A DNA stretch of 43,160 nt from positions 1-43,160 of the IMG/VR virus record IMGVR_UViG_3300014682_000024; one strand, given 5' to 3'. Origin of the DNA: a virus (lineage: Duplodnaviria; Heunggongvirae; Uroviricota; Caudoviricetes). Both the position numbers and the translations under genes were made by a program. The notes under the pieces were generated by a model, which searched no databases, was not told where the DNA came from, and saw only the letters and a program-made list of their open reading frames with translations. How positions within the stretch are numbered: the stretch's first letter is position 1; every line of letters begins with the position of its first letter. Of the stretch, positions 28,286 through 36,524 are shown piece after piece.

Positions 28286-29332
28286 TTAACGATTATTTTT
28301 TATTTCAGTTACAGTCTGATTAAATCTCTCTTCTTCCAGTTCCGCGCCAACCGCACGACGTCCCAGCGAAAGTGCTGCTTTTATTGTTGAGCCAGACCCC
28401 ATAAAAAAATCAGCCACCAAATCTCCCGGACGGCTGCTGGCCTCAATTATCTGCCGCAACATACCCGCCGGTTTTTCACAGGGATGTTTGCCCGGATAAA
28501 ACTGTACAGGTTTATGCGTCCAGACATCCGTATAAGGAACAGCTGCCGATACGGAAAAATAACGCCGCAGGGATTTGTACTCTTCCAGCAGGCTGGCATA
28601 TTGCCGGTTCAGTTCACTGTATGTGCTGACCAGCTGGTGGTGTGACTTTTCCAGTTCACCGCGCTGATGTTTTTCTGCCGCAACACGCGCAAACAACGCC
28701 TGCAATTTGTTGTAATCACCCTCGTTCGGTAACTGCCACTGACTGGTACCAAACCAGTGCGAAGCCATGTTTTTCTTTCCGGTGGCTTCCGCTATCTGTT
28801 TTGACGTTATTCCCAGTGATTCACGCGCATCACGAAAGTAAGAAATCAGCGGGGCCATGACGTGCTGTTTTAGCTCGCGCCCCTTTGCCGCATAGCCGTC
28901 ATTTTTGGGCTGGTATGGCCCCTGATAATGTTCTGCAAACAGAATGTGTTCTGTTGCCGGGAAATACGCCCGCAGGCTTTCCTTGTTGCATCCGTTCCAG
29001 CGTCCGGACGGCTTCGCCCAGATAATGTGGTTCAGCACATTAAAGCGCTGACGCATCATGATTTCGATATCAGATGCCAGGCGATGACCACAGAACAGGT
29101 AGAGACTTCCGGCAGGTTTCAGCACCCGCCAGAATTGCGCCAGACACTGATCCAGCCATTTCAGGTAATCATCGTCGCCCTTCCACTGGTTATCCCAGCC
29201 CTCGGGCTTCACTTTAAAGTATGGCGGGTCTGTGACTATCAGATCGACAGAGTTTTCCGGTAAGGTCTGGATAAATTCCAGGCAATCAGCGTTGATTAAC
29301 TCACAACTGGATATTTTTACAGTATTAGCCAT
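28286..29332 (-). CDS. DNA methyltransferase (N6-adenine or N4-cytosine type, beta-class motif order), orphan
   Basis: Motif IV DPPY near the N-terminus and motif I FFMGSGST near the C-terminus; no adjacent restriction endonuclease ORF. Confidence 0.8.
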   Translation of the reverse strand: MANTVKISSCELINADCLEFIQTLPENSVDLIVTDPPYFKVKPEGWDNQWKGDDDYLKWLDQCLAQFWRVLKPAGSLYLFCGHRLASDIEIMMRQRFNVLNHIIWAKPSGRWNGCNKESLRAYFPATEHILFAEHYQGPYQPKNDGYAAKGRELKQHVMAPLISYFRDARESLGITSKQIAEATGKKNMASHWFGTSQWQLPNEGDYNKLQALFARVAAEKHQRGELEKSHHQLVSTYSELNRQYASLLEEYKSLRRYFSVSAAVPYTDVWTHKPVQFYPGKHPCEKPAGMLRQIIEASSRPGDLVADFFMGSGSTIKAALSLGRRAVGAELEEERFNQTVTEIKNNR

Positions 29333-29482
29333 AGATCAATAAGCACTTCTCTGATAGGCTCATACCGCTTTTGCGCAAAGCAGATGGGCCTGAGGTTTGC
29401 TTGTGACCCCAACGCATGAGCAGATGGCTGGCAGGTGCCGCTAACACCCACCAGCCGCCCATTACCACAAATTAAAAAAACT

Positions 29483-29680
29483 TCACTGCGGAAGGCGTCT
29501 GTAACAACCGAACTGATAATCTGCCAGACCCGCCATAACAAGCTGGGTCAGTATTAACTGGCAGCGTTCGCGTGAAAGGTAAGTATTCTGCGCAATTTCC
29601 CCGACAGTCGCCGGTTCGGTGACGCTTAATTCATTAAACACCACTCTGGCGGTTTCGGTCATATCCTGCTGTTTTAGCAT
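29483..29680 (-). CDS. Small hypothetical protein (65 aa, winged-helix-like) downstream of the late terminator
   Basis: Internal ATG with RBS AAGGGA; no family recognised. Confidence 0.3.
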   Translation of the reverse strand: MLKQQDMTETARVVFNELSVTEPATVGEIAQNTYLSRERCQLILTQLVMAGLADYQFGCYRRLPQ

Positions 29681-29801
29681 GTCTTTTTCCCTTTTCTGGT
29701 TAACGTGACATACCAATAACTCTTGTCGAAACAGCCAGCAAGCTGAAAGACCGGTATTCACAATCACCAGCGCGTTTAACGTCCTGTACCGTTTTTCTGG
29801 C

Positions 29802-29826
29802 ATAAAAAAACCTGCCAGGCGACAGG
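29802..29826 (-). terminator. Late terminator (tR'-like) just downstream of the putative late promoter
   Basis: Stem cctgtc/ggcagg followed by T7 on the minus strand. Confidence 0.5.
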
Positions 29827-29882
29827 TTTTTTGCTTACTTTGCCATCGCGTAAAAAATCGGCAAAATATCAAATTTACACGA

Positions 29883-29911
29883 AATGTACGCGATTTAATT
29901 GATTTTTGCAA
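29883..29911 (-). promoter_or_regulatory. Putative late promoter (PR'-like): TTGCAA - 17 bp - TACATT, overlapping the 3' end of the Q-like gene
   Basis: Read on the minus strand; about 60 nt upstream of the terminator, matching the lambdoid Q-PR'-tR' layout. Confidence 0.45.
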
Positions 29912-30590
29912 CATCTCGTCGCGAAAAGGTCGCTTTTTGTTGCGTTCTCATTTTCACTGTGCAAATCAAGGATTCTGTATCAAGATTCTTAAAAATGTCG
30001 CACATCTCACGCCAGTAGTTCGCATAATTATGGCTCCAGTTGTCAGGTTTAATTCCACACAGCCTGGCAAGTTCCTGTCGCTGGTAGTTCTCATGCCCGG
30101 CTACCCATCCCCTGACATCCTGCGCCGCCAGCCAGATTAATTTTTTCAGGCGTTCCCGTGTTTTCCCTGCAATTTTTCTGGTACCGGATTGCGCCTTAAA
30201 TTCATTCCACGCCCACTGTGTTATCGCGATCTGATACTCCCAGCAAATATTTCCGCTGTAACACCACAACAACCAGTCTTTATGATGTTCTTCAAGAGAC
30301 AGAACTGCCCGTCGCCATGATGATGTCGAAAACTCAATCTGACTTACCAGAGGAATTGACGTCCCCTTCGCCAGCGATTGTTTCCCCGGGATCGGTGGAT
30401 TATCCCGCGTTATCATTTTTCCGGTAACTTCATCGCGGTACCGGATTTTTTTACGCCTGTAACGCCCTGTCTCAAACTTGGCATTCTCCTGCCAGGCTTC
30501 AAGCTGACCTTTTGTTGCCCCACTCAAATCAGCGGTGGCGATCATGAGTTGCTCACGAACAAACTGTAAATACTGGTTATTCATGCGCAC
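29895..30590 (-). CDS. Putative late antiterminator Q
   Basis: Assigned by position (immediately after rusA, immediately before promoter+terminator and the late genes); family not confirmed. Confidence 0.5.
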   Translation of the reverse strand: MRMNNQYLQFVREQLMIATADLSGATKGQLEAWQENAKFETGRYRRKKIRYRDEVTGKMITRDNPPIPGKQSLAKGTSIPLVSQIEFSTSSWRRAVLSLEEHHKDWLLWCYSGNICWEYQIAITQWAWNEFKAQSGTRKIAGKTRERLKKLIWLAAQDVRGWVAGHENYQRQELARLCGIKPDNWSHNYANYWREMCDIFKNLDTESLICTVKMRTQQKATFSRRDVAKIN

Positions 30591-30940
30591 TCCAGCTCTG
30601 TGATTTTTATCCCCAGCCGACCACCAGGAACGACCTGACCGCGCACAATATTAATTTCATCAAACTGCTCGTCGTCGATAAGCAACCCCGCATGTGTCAG
30701 TGCATCCAGTGGTGCTTTCAGAATATTGTCCAGGTCACGACGGCGCTTATCCGGTGGCTCTGCAATAATTTTTATTGCCAACTTTCCGGACAGGTTTAAT
30801 TTCAGTCGCTGCTGGCGAACAATAAGCGCCACATCCCGGCGATAACGCTCACCGGCTCTTGATACAAAATATGTGCTGCCACGACGTCGCCAGTAGGTGT
30901 TCACCGTTGGCGGGTAAGGCAAAACAAACTCTATACGCAT
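30581..30940 (-). CDS. rusA: Holliday junction resolvase RusA
   Basis: 119 aa; start ...LPYPPTVNTYWRRRG...; DLDN and GQ..PG motifs typical of RusA. Confidence 0.85.
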   Translation of the reverse strand: MRIEFVLPYPPTVNTYWRRRGSTYFVSRAGERYRRDVALIVRQQRLKLNLSGKLAIKIIAEPPDKRRRDLDNILKAPLDALTHAGLLIDDEQFDEINIVRGQVVPGGRLGIKITELECA

Positions 30941-30952
30941 CAGTAACCTCTT

Positions 30953-32128
30953 TTACCCGAGCACGCCGGTTGCAAAGGCGTGATCAAGAAAACGAAAAAT
31001 TAAATCAATCTGGGAACCATGCTTTTCTTCGAACGCCAGCGGGTCCGCATGAAGCTCGTTGTGATGCTCCCGACACAGCGGTAGCGTGAAAATATCGTGA
31101 GATTTTGTCCCCATCCCGCCCTGACCATGACCAATCAGGTGATGGGGATCGTCTGCTGGCTTACCACAACACGCACACGGCTGTGTCTTTACCCAACGCG
31201 TGTATTTCTCATTCACCCAACGGCGACGTTTAGGTCGCTTCATGAAAGATTCAGGAGACTCCGGATCAACGGCAATACTAACCACCGTCTTTTCCTGTGG
31301 TGAGTTCTGTTGCTGGTGGGCGTGAGGCGGTAGCACAATATTTTTTGTGCGCTGCTTCAGTATGCTGGTGGCTGTCTGTTCTCCCGGGACGATGTCGCTC
31401 TCGCGGTACACATAGCGGATTTTTTCCGTACGTAATCCCAGCGAACGACGTAATACTGCCTCCGGTAGCGCGTCCGCCACCTGATTGCAGACCGCCCACC
31501 AGGATAACTCAGCCAGCGATAATTCCCGCTCTTGCGTACCATTCATTGCATTGCGTATGACGTCAATCATCCATGCAGACAGGTTTTGATGAGCAAGTTG
31601 CTCGAGTGATTCGGATGTCTGGTCACGCAGCTGGTTGTCGCAGTGCCAGCACAACACCATCGCTCCGGTACCATAACGATGTATGACGATTTCACTGTGA
31701 TGGTAGTCACTATGAGGCCACTGGCAGGATTTAACATGACGCAGGAGCCAGTCAGACAGTGCACCAGTGCCACCGGCAGCACGAATTACCCGCTCATTGC
31801 TGAAAAATGGCAGCAATGATTTGTCTTCCGCCAGCGGCTGGCGAATGGCAGGAACAACTCCGGACGGCAGACCGCGCATGCTTTTCGGTTCCGGCTCCAC
31901 CAGCACTCGAGGGTTATGAAATACCTGCATGGATTCACGACCAGGCTTAAGGACCACCAGCCCGAGTTCCGGTACCGGAACAGGTCGAAGCAATACCCGC
32001 ACGTTACCTCCAGATCCGTTGCTGGAATGTGCGGGACGGACGCGGTGGGCGTTCAGAGTAAGGCAGTCTGACTGAGATGATCCAGTGTCGGAAGTCGAGG
32101 CTGAGGTCTTTCTGAAACTCGTAACCAC
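30953..32128 (-). CDS. DUF968-like phage protein with C-terminal HNH/zinc-ribbon-like motif; N-terminal limit uncertain
   Basis: C-terminal CACCGKPADDPHH...PLCREHHNELH motif; first 80 or so residues overlap the upstream 92-aa ORF in another frame. Confidence 0.5.
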   Translation of the reverse strand: MVTSFRKTSASTSDTGSSQSDCLTLNAHRVRPAHSSNGSGGNVRVLLRPVPVPELGLVVLKPGRESMQVFHNPRVLVEPEPKSMRGLPSGVVPAIRQPLAEDKSLLPFFSNERVIRAAGGTGALSDWLLRHVKSCQWPHSDYHHSEIVIHRYGTGAMVLCWHCDNQLRDQTSESLEQLAHQNLSAWMIDVIRNAMNGTQERELSLAELSWWAVCNQVADALPEAVLRRSLGLRTEKIRYVYRESDIVPGEQTATSILKQRTKNIVLPPHAHQQQNSPQEKTVVSIAVDPESPESFMKRPKRRRWVNEKYTRWVKTQPCACCGKPADDPHHLIGHGQGGMGTKSHDIFTLPLCREHHNELHADPLAFEEKHGSQIDLIFRFLDHAFATGVLG

Positions 32129-32282
32129 GTCTGCGGTAGTTCTGAATCAGCCATTCGGCCTGTTCTTCAGTGCATGGATCATGCTGGAACCAGTCAGATT
32201 TGAATGCATGAGAACGCCGCCCGCGCCTGCTGGCAAGGACGGCGAGATTATCAGAATTGTGTGATCTGGAATTTTGCGCCAT
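32004..32282 (-). CDS. Hypothetical protein (or frameshifted N-terminal part of the DUF968 gene)
   Basis: 92-aa ORF overlapping the downstream ORF start by 125 nt. Confidence 0.25.
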   Translation of the reverse strand: MAQNSRSHNSDNLAVLASRRGRRSHAFKSDWFQHDPCTEEQAEWLIQNYRRRGYEFQKDLSLDFRHWIISVRLPYSERPPRPSRTFQQRIWR

Positions 32283-32348
32283 CGGCTTTCTCCGGTGGCA
32301 CAGTGTTACTCAGCAGGGGTTCAGCCCTGCGCTGAATTGTAGATGAAT

Positions 32349-32612
32349 TCACTCATCTTCAAAAGCAGAAAAACCAGCCTTAAGCCCAGCTTCTTTCAGA
32401 GACTGCAATGATGTGACAAATTCATTTTCACGCAAAATAAAACCATCCGTCACCAGTCCATCCACAAAGTAAATTAACGCCGCCCCACTCTTCCTTTGTT
32501 GAGACTGTAAACATTTAATACGGCAGTGGCTGACAATAGCGCCATTCTCAACGCGCACAGTATAGAGGCCATCTTCACTAAAAATTTCAACCAATTCTTC
32601 GATTTTCATCAA
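32349..32612 (-). CDS. Hypothetical protein (87 aa)
   Basis: ORF with start MMKIEEL; no family recognised. Confidence 0.3.
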   Translation of the reverse strand: MMKIEELVEIFSEDGLYTVRVENGAIVSHCRIKCLQSQQRKSGAALIYFVDGLVTDGFILRENEFVTSLQSLKEAGLKAGFSAFEDE

Positions 32613-32921
32613 CAGAATCCTTCCAGATAAATAGCACTCCCCTGCTCGGGGTCCATCCCTCTTCTCCCTGCGCGCTACTTAAGAGCCTCGATTCTAGCCG
32701 TGAAGACATACCAATCAACAGCAATAAGCCACCTGAATAACAGAATCAGCCAGCCACATCAGTACAACCAGTGCATCATGCTCACTGAAAATAAACAACA
32801 AAAAACCCGCCGAAGCGCTGAGGGGTCCCCATAAATCAGCGCTAAAGCGGGTTAAGTGCGGGTGCATTGAGGATACCTGACAACTTAAAGAGTGGCGGGA
32901 ATATGCTCCCCGCCGTAGCTC

Positions 32922-33074
32922 TTAACGTTTTTCAACTTCGTAGGCTAAATACGCTGAAAGCTCTGTGTTTCCCTGCCTGATGTGCAGCTCGCATAGCGAA
33001 CCGCGAACCATCCAGACAAATATCAGAATGGTGATGCAAACCACCACCAGACAAAACACATAGCTCCTTCGCAT
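32922..33074 (-). CDS. hok: Hok/Gef-family type I toxin (50 aa)
   Basis: Hand-translated MRRSYVFCLVVVCITILIFVWMVRGSLCELHIRQGNTELSAYLAYEVEKR; TM helix plus the conserved ..SLCE..IR.G..E.A..LAYE motif. Confidence 0.7.
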   Translation of the reverse strand: MRRSYVFCLVVVCITILIFVWMVRGSLCELHIRQGNTELSAYLAYEVEKR

Positions 33075-33132
33075 TACAGCCCCCTGTTAGTTGATTTCTT
33101 ACTGTTAAGAGGCTAATCTTTATGTGTCGCAT
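32932..33132 (-). CDS. mok: mok-like overlapping reading frame
   Basis: Track ORF overlaps nearly all of hok in another frame and starts upstream, as in hok/mok loci. Confidence 0.4.
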   Translation of the reverse strand: MRHIKISLLTVRNQLTGGCNAKELCVLSGGGLHHHSDICLDGSRFAMRAAHQAGKHRAFSVFSLRS

Positions 33133-33200
33133 ACAGATATGCCTCAGATTAATGTTAAGCGTCTTGCCGGACGCGTAATGTTAACTGGGGCTTTTCTCTA
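33091..33200 (+). ncRNA. Candidate Sok-like antisense RNA with promoter TTGATT - 17 bp - TAATCT
   Basis: Plus-strand promoter-like hexamers at 33091-33096 and 33114-33119, antisense to the mok start region; 3' end not defined. Confidence 0.3.
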
Positions 33201-33343
33201 TCTGCCGTTGGTGTTCATGCCCGAGGCAGATAGCCTCAAGCACCCGCAGCAATTCTACAAAAACAAACTATTACTTTCTATCCCCTTTCACTTGTCTCAT
33301 TTCTGACTATACTGCTCCTTCACACAACACAAAAGGTATAAAA

Positions 33344-33517
33344 ATGACCGTTCATGGTATATCGGAAAACAGTACTGTTCACTTATGTGAAAAAAATGGA
33401 GAATGGCTTGTAGTGCAAATTATTAGAAACGACGACATTACATATCAACTCCGAAATACAGATACAGATGAAGAAGTAATCGTCACGCTTCAGGACATTG
33501 TCTCCCCAAATAAATAA
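33344..33517 (+). CDS. Small AT-rich plus-strand ORF (57 aa), unknown function
   Basis: Hand-translated; opposite orientation to all neighbours; followed by a hairpin. Confidence 0.3.
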   Translation: MTVHGISENSTVHLCEKNGEWLVVQIIRNDDITYQLRNTDTDEEVIVTLQDIVSPNK

Positions 33518-33525
33518 TCAAATCA

Positions 33526-33546
33526 GCGGGGCGCACGATACCCCGC
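33526..33546. terminator. Bidirectional terminator-like hairpin between convergent genes
   Basis: gcgggg-cgcacgata-ccccgc; T-rich on the minus-strand side. Confidence 0.4.
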
Positions 33547-33640
33547 ACTATTCCACTTATCACCCCCCAGCGGCAAATCGAATACACCACCAGCGCCACC
33601 GCCATTGCAATTCCTACCGTAGTGAATGCCTCAGGCCAGG

Positions 33641-34315
33641 TCATTGATTCACCTCCTGCGGTGGTTCAGGCAACGCTTCCAGTGATGCTTTCACAAACCA
33701 CGCTGCCTGAACTATAACGCCATGAATCCAGCGCAAATCAGCATCGCGATCTTTCTTTTTCATCTTTTCGCCACTTAAAGCCTGGCTTATGTGGCTGCGC
33801 ACCAAGTCTTCATGTAACTCCTTCGCATCCTCAACGGTGAAACCACCAGGCAAAAGAGTCGGAGTTACCGGAGAGTTAGTTGACGTTTCCGGGATTTCCC
33901 GAAAGTTTCCGGCATGAAGCATGGCGGCGCGGCAGGCGTTCCATGAAATTTCCTGAAGGGAACGACGAATCTGTGTGCTGCATATACTCCTCCCTGACTC
34001 CTGGCTGTTAAACCATGTTTCAAATTCCGGCACTACTGGTGCTGGTTGGGTGGTGACATTGGCAAAGGCTGCACGCAACCCGGCCTTAATTTCCTCTACC
34101 TCATCAGCACCTGGAGATGAATCTGACAGTGCATGATGGAATGCGTAAGCCATATCGTCGTTTACTGCCACCGGCTCTGCTTCCAGCGATGCCAGTGCGA
34201 TACGAAACACATCAGCAAGTAGGCTGTTTGAAGATTGGTTATCGTGCGCCGGTTCGCTCAGGAAACCAGTGATGAATGATTTAATTTCCGCGTTTTCTCT
34301 GGTAATAGTGGTCAT
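33641..34315 (-). CDS. Hypothetical phage protein (224 aa)
   Basis: ORF in the nin-like region; no family recognised. Confidence 0.5.
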   Translation of the reverse strand: MTTITRENAEIKSFITGFLSEPAHDNQSSNSLLADVFRIALASLEAEPVAVNDDMAYAFHHALSDSSPGADEVEEIKAGLRAAFANVTTQPAPVVPEFETWFNSQESGRSICSTQIRRSLQEISWNACRAAMLHAGNFREIPETSTNSPVTPTLLPGGFTVEDAKELHEDLVRSHISQALSGEKMKKKDRDADLRWIHGVIVQAAWFVKASLEALPEPPQEVNQ

Positions 34316-34521
34316 TTATTAATCCTCAAAACTTTATGCCCGGGCGCAAAAGCACGCGTTTTGTCTTTGCTTATTCGCCAGCCATCCTTGCGCGCCTCTT
34401 TTGCACAGCCAGCCCATGACGTACCAATATACTCACCAAAATCTGGCGACTGATATTTGCCATCCGTACACTGGCGGCAATCACAATAGAGATGCATGGT
34501 GTAACTTGCAGCAATACCCAT
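34312..34521 (-). CDS. Small Cys-rich hypothetical protein (69 aa)
   Basis: ORF with CDCRQC...C motif. Confidence 0.4.
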   Translation of the reverse strand: MGIAASYTMHLYCDCRQCTDGKYQSPDFGEYIGTSWAGCAKEARKDGWRISKDKTRAFAPGHKVLRINK

Positions 34522-34881
34522 TCAGCCTCCTTTGATGCCAGTGTTTACAACCAGGCAGGCCTCCTTGAGTACCCAGTCAATAGCGTCCTTCCATGCTCCG
34601 GTTTCAGCTGGCGGATTCTCACACTTTACCTGTTCATAGAAGCGCACTGCTTTAATCAATCCTTCTGGTGTCAGTGGCACAGGCGGGGCAGTGAATAACG
34701 CCTGAATTTCATAGTTCGGCCTGTCGTTGCAATCCTCTTTTGTCGGTACATATTTCCAGTCACCAAACCACGATTTACCATGAGAGTCCGTAACGCCTTT
34801 TTTCACGTAGCGATACCGCCATGCCACTGGCTTTGCCTGATCTGCAATTGCATGCACTTCCTGATAATTCATCCTGCTCAT
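34522..34881 (-). CDS. Hypothetical protein (119 aa)
   Basis: Start overlaps the stop of the upstream small acidic ORF (ATGA). Confidence 0.45.
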   Translation of the reverse strand: MSRMNYQEVHAIADQAKPVAWRYRYVKKGVTDSHGKSWFGDWKYVPTKEDCNDRPNYEIQALFTAPPVPLTPEGLIKAVRFYEQVKCENPPAETGAWKDAIDWVLKEACLVVNTGIKGG

Positions 34882-35054
34882 TCATCGCCCCACTCATCAC
34901 AATATGCTTCGACCGGAGTTTTTCCTGCTTCATAATCATCACGCCATGCTTCAGCATCAGCAGCACTTCCACTGCGTAACTCTGCATAGTCCATTAACAG
35001 TTCATGCCATTCTTCAAAACTGACGTTGTATTTAGTTGAACCAAAATCAGCCAT
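34878..35054 (-). CDS. Small acidic protein (58 aa, MADFGSTKYNVSFEEWHELL...)
   Basis: Hand-translated; strong RBS GAGGAGG; coupled to neighbours; below track cutoff. Confidence 0.4.
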   Translation of the reverse strand: MADFGSTKYNVSFEEWHELLMDYAELRSGSAADAEAWRDDYEAGKTPVEAYCDEWGDE

Positions 35055-35055
35055 T

Positions 35056-35229
35056 TTATTCTTCCTCCTCGTCTTTTATTTCGTGATATGAGTAATTGCA
35101 GTAGTTAAAGAAAATTTCTTTTGCTTCGTCCTGTATTTCATCTGGTGTCGCATCATCATCCACTTCGAATACATCCTCAAAATCTCCACCAGCTATTCCC
35201 GTTTCAATAATTATTTTGAACTTTCGCAT
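35056..35229 (-). CDS. Small highly acidic protein (57 aa, MRKFKIIIETGIAGGDFEDVFEVDDD...EEEE)
   Basis: Hand-translated; stop 1 nt before the next ATG. Confidence 0.4.
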   Translation of the reverse strand: MRKFKIIIETGIAGGDFEDVFEVDDDATPDEIQDEAKEIFFNYCNYSYHEIKDEEEE

Positions 35230-35324
35230 TTCATTACCGCCCTTTCGGGCGGCCTCCTGATGTTCTGAGGGTGCAGAAATCCCTCCGGTTAAGGATTAAA
35301 TTTTATTTACAACACTAAATTTAA

Positions 35325-35849
35325 TTATTCAGGCGCGCGAATCTGTTCCGCACAATGCAACAATGCTTCTGTCACTTCCTTAAGCGTCACGGTATCGGCA
35401 TCATCCAGTCCTGCAACTTTTGCGTGCCTGACAAACGCCGCGCGAAGCTCGTTAAACGCCACCGCCCGTACATCAGCCAGGAAAGCATCTGTAGCCGGGG
35501 TTTGCGGCATACCCCCGTCTGTTGCGCAGATATACGCATCAGATATTTCATCCTGCTCGCCATTAAACACATAGCAACTTTGTACGATAAATTTATTCAG
35601 CCGCGCATTCTCCGCCGCCAGCGCCATGCGTTCTTTCTCAAGTCGGAAAATTTCAGTCACGTATTTGGCGTTTTCACCACCCTTGATTAACTCGTTAATT
35701 CGTTTGCTTTTAATTTCCAGTTCATCCAGCAGTTCCAACACAACCTGAGGTGTGGCTTTCATACGAAATGCCAGCAATTTTTGTGGTGTGGCTGCTATTT
35801 TTATTGCTTCTGCCGCCCCACGCAGTGCCTGATAGTCAATCTTGCTCAC
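35325..35849 (-). CDS. Hypothetical protein (174 aa), possibly Ead/Ea22-like
   Basis: N-terminal IDYQALR.AAE pattern vaguely recalled from Ead/Ea22-like proteins. Confidence 0.4.
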   Translation of the reverse strand: MSKIDYQALRGAAEAIKIAATPQKLLAFRMKATPQVVLELLDELEIKSKRINELIKGGENAKYVTEIFRLEKERMALAAENARLNKFIVQSCYVFNGEQDEISDAYICATDGGMPQTPATDAFLADVRAVAFNELRAAFVRHAKVAGLDDADTVTLKEVTEALLHCAEQIRAPE

Positions 35850-36102
35850 TGGTTGTCTCCTTTTTCCATGTTTTCAGACTTTCACCACAGAACGGGCAAA
35901 ATGAGACTCGAATAGGTGATTTAGAAAATTCACCGGAACGCAACATCACCAAATCAGGGGCGCGAGTTAAATTCTCATTCCAGATTTTGTATATCAGCAG
36001 ACCTTTTCGCATCGTGTATTCAGCATCATGCTCAAGGGCTTTTGCCAGTGCCGCACATGGTTCTAACTGATTGCCATTAACCTGACATTTTGATTCGCTC
36101 AC
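35836..36102 (-). CDS. Small hypothetical protein with CxxC zinc-ribbon-like motif
   Basis: 88-aa ORF with CPFCGE. Confidence 0.4.
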   Translation of the reverse strand: MSESKCQVNGNQLEPCAALAKALEHDAEYTMRKGLLIYKIWNENLTRAPDLVMLRSGEFSKSPIRVSFCPFCGESLKTWKKETTSEQD

Positions 36103-36521
36103 AGCATCACCTCCTGAAATTTCCCCTGATAAAACGCCAGCACTCGCTGCATAACCTCACTCTTCCGGCACTCGCGACAGATTATGTTCAGGTGTCTGTC
36201 GTAGCGGCGTATTTCTCCGTCTGGTAACTTTCGAATCAGTGTCTGGTCAGTTGTTTTCTCCGGTGTCTTACGCCATTCACGATACGCCTGCTCTGATGCA
36301 AAAACACCGTATTCCCCGGACATGTATAAATCACCACAAGCCAGTACATCCACAAGGCAGCGCCGGACCGAATGCCAGCCAGCTCCCGTCGCTCTCTCCA
36401 GTTGCGACATCGTCATGCGTCCATTTTTGCGTACCAATCCGATAATTCGTGCCTTCAGCTCTTCCCGCTGTTCGAGAGAAAAAGGTTTCGCCATAAATCC
36501 TCCTGAAAAAATCACCTTCAC
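36099..36521 (-). CDS. Hypothetical protein, winged-helix-like N-terminus
   Basis: ORF directly downstream of the P-like gene. Confidence 0.4.
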   Translation of the reverse strand: MKVIFSGGFMAKPFSLEQREELKARIIGLVRKNGRMTMSQLERATGAGWHSVRRCLVDVLACGDLYMSGEYGVFASEQAYREWRKTPEKTTDQTLIRKLPDGEIRRYDRHLNIICRECRKSEVMQRVLAFYQGKFQEVML

Positions 36522-36524
36522 AAT

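Noticed and set aside
33124-33306. 60-aa plus-strand ORF over the hok leader region
   Set aside because: Better explained as the antisense Sok and hok-leader regulatory region than as a protein
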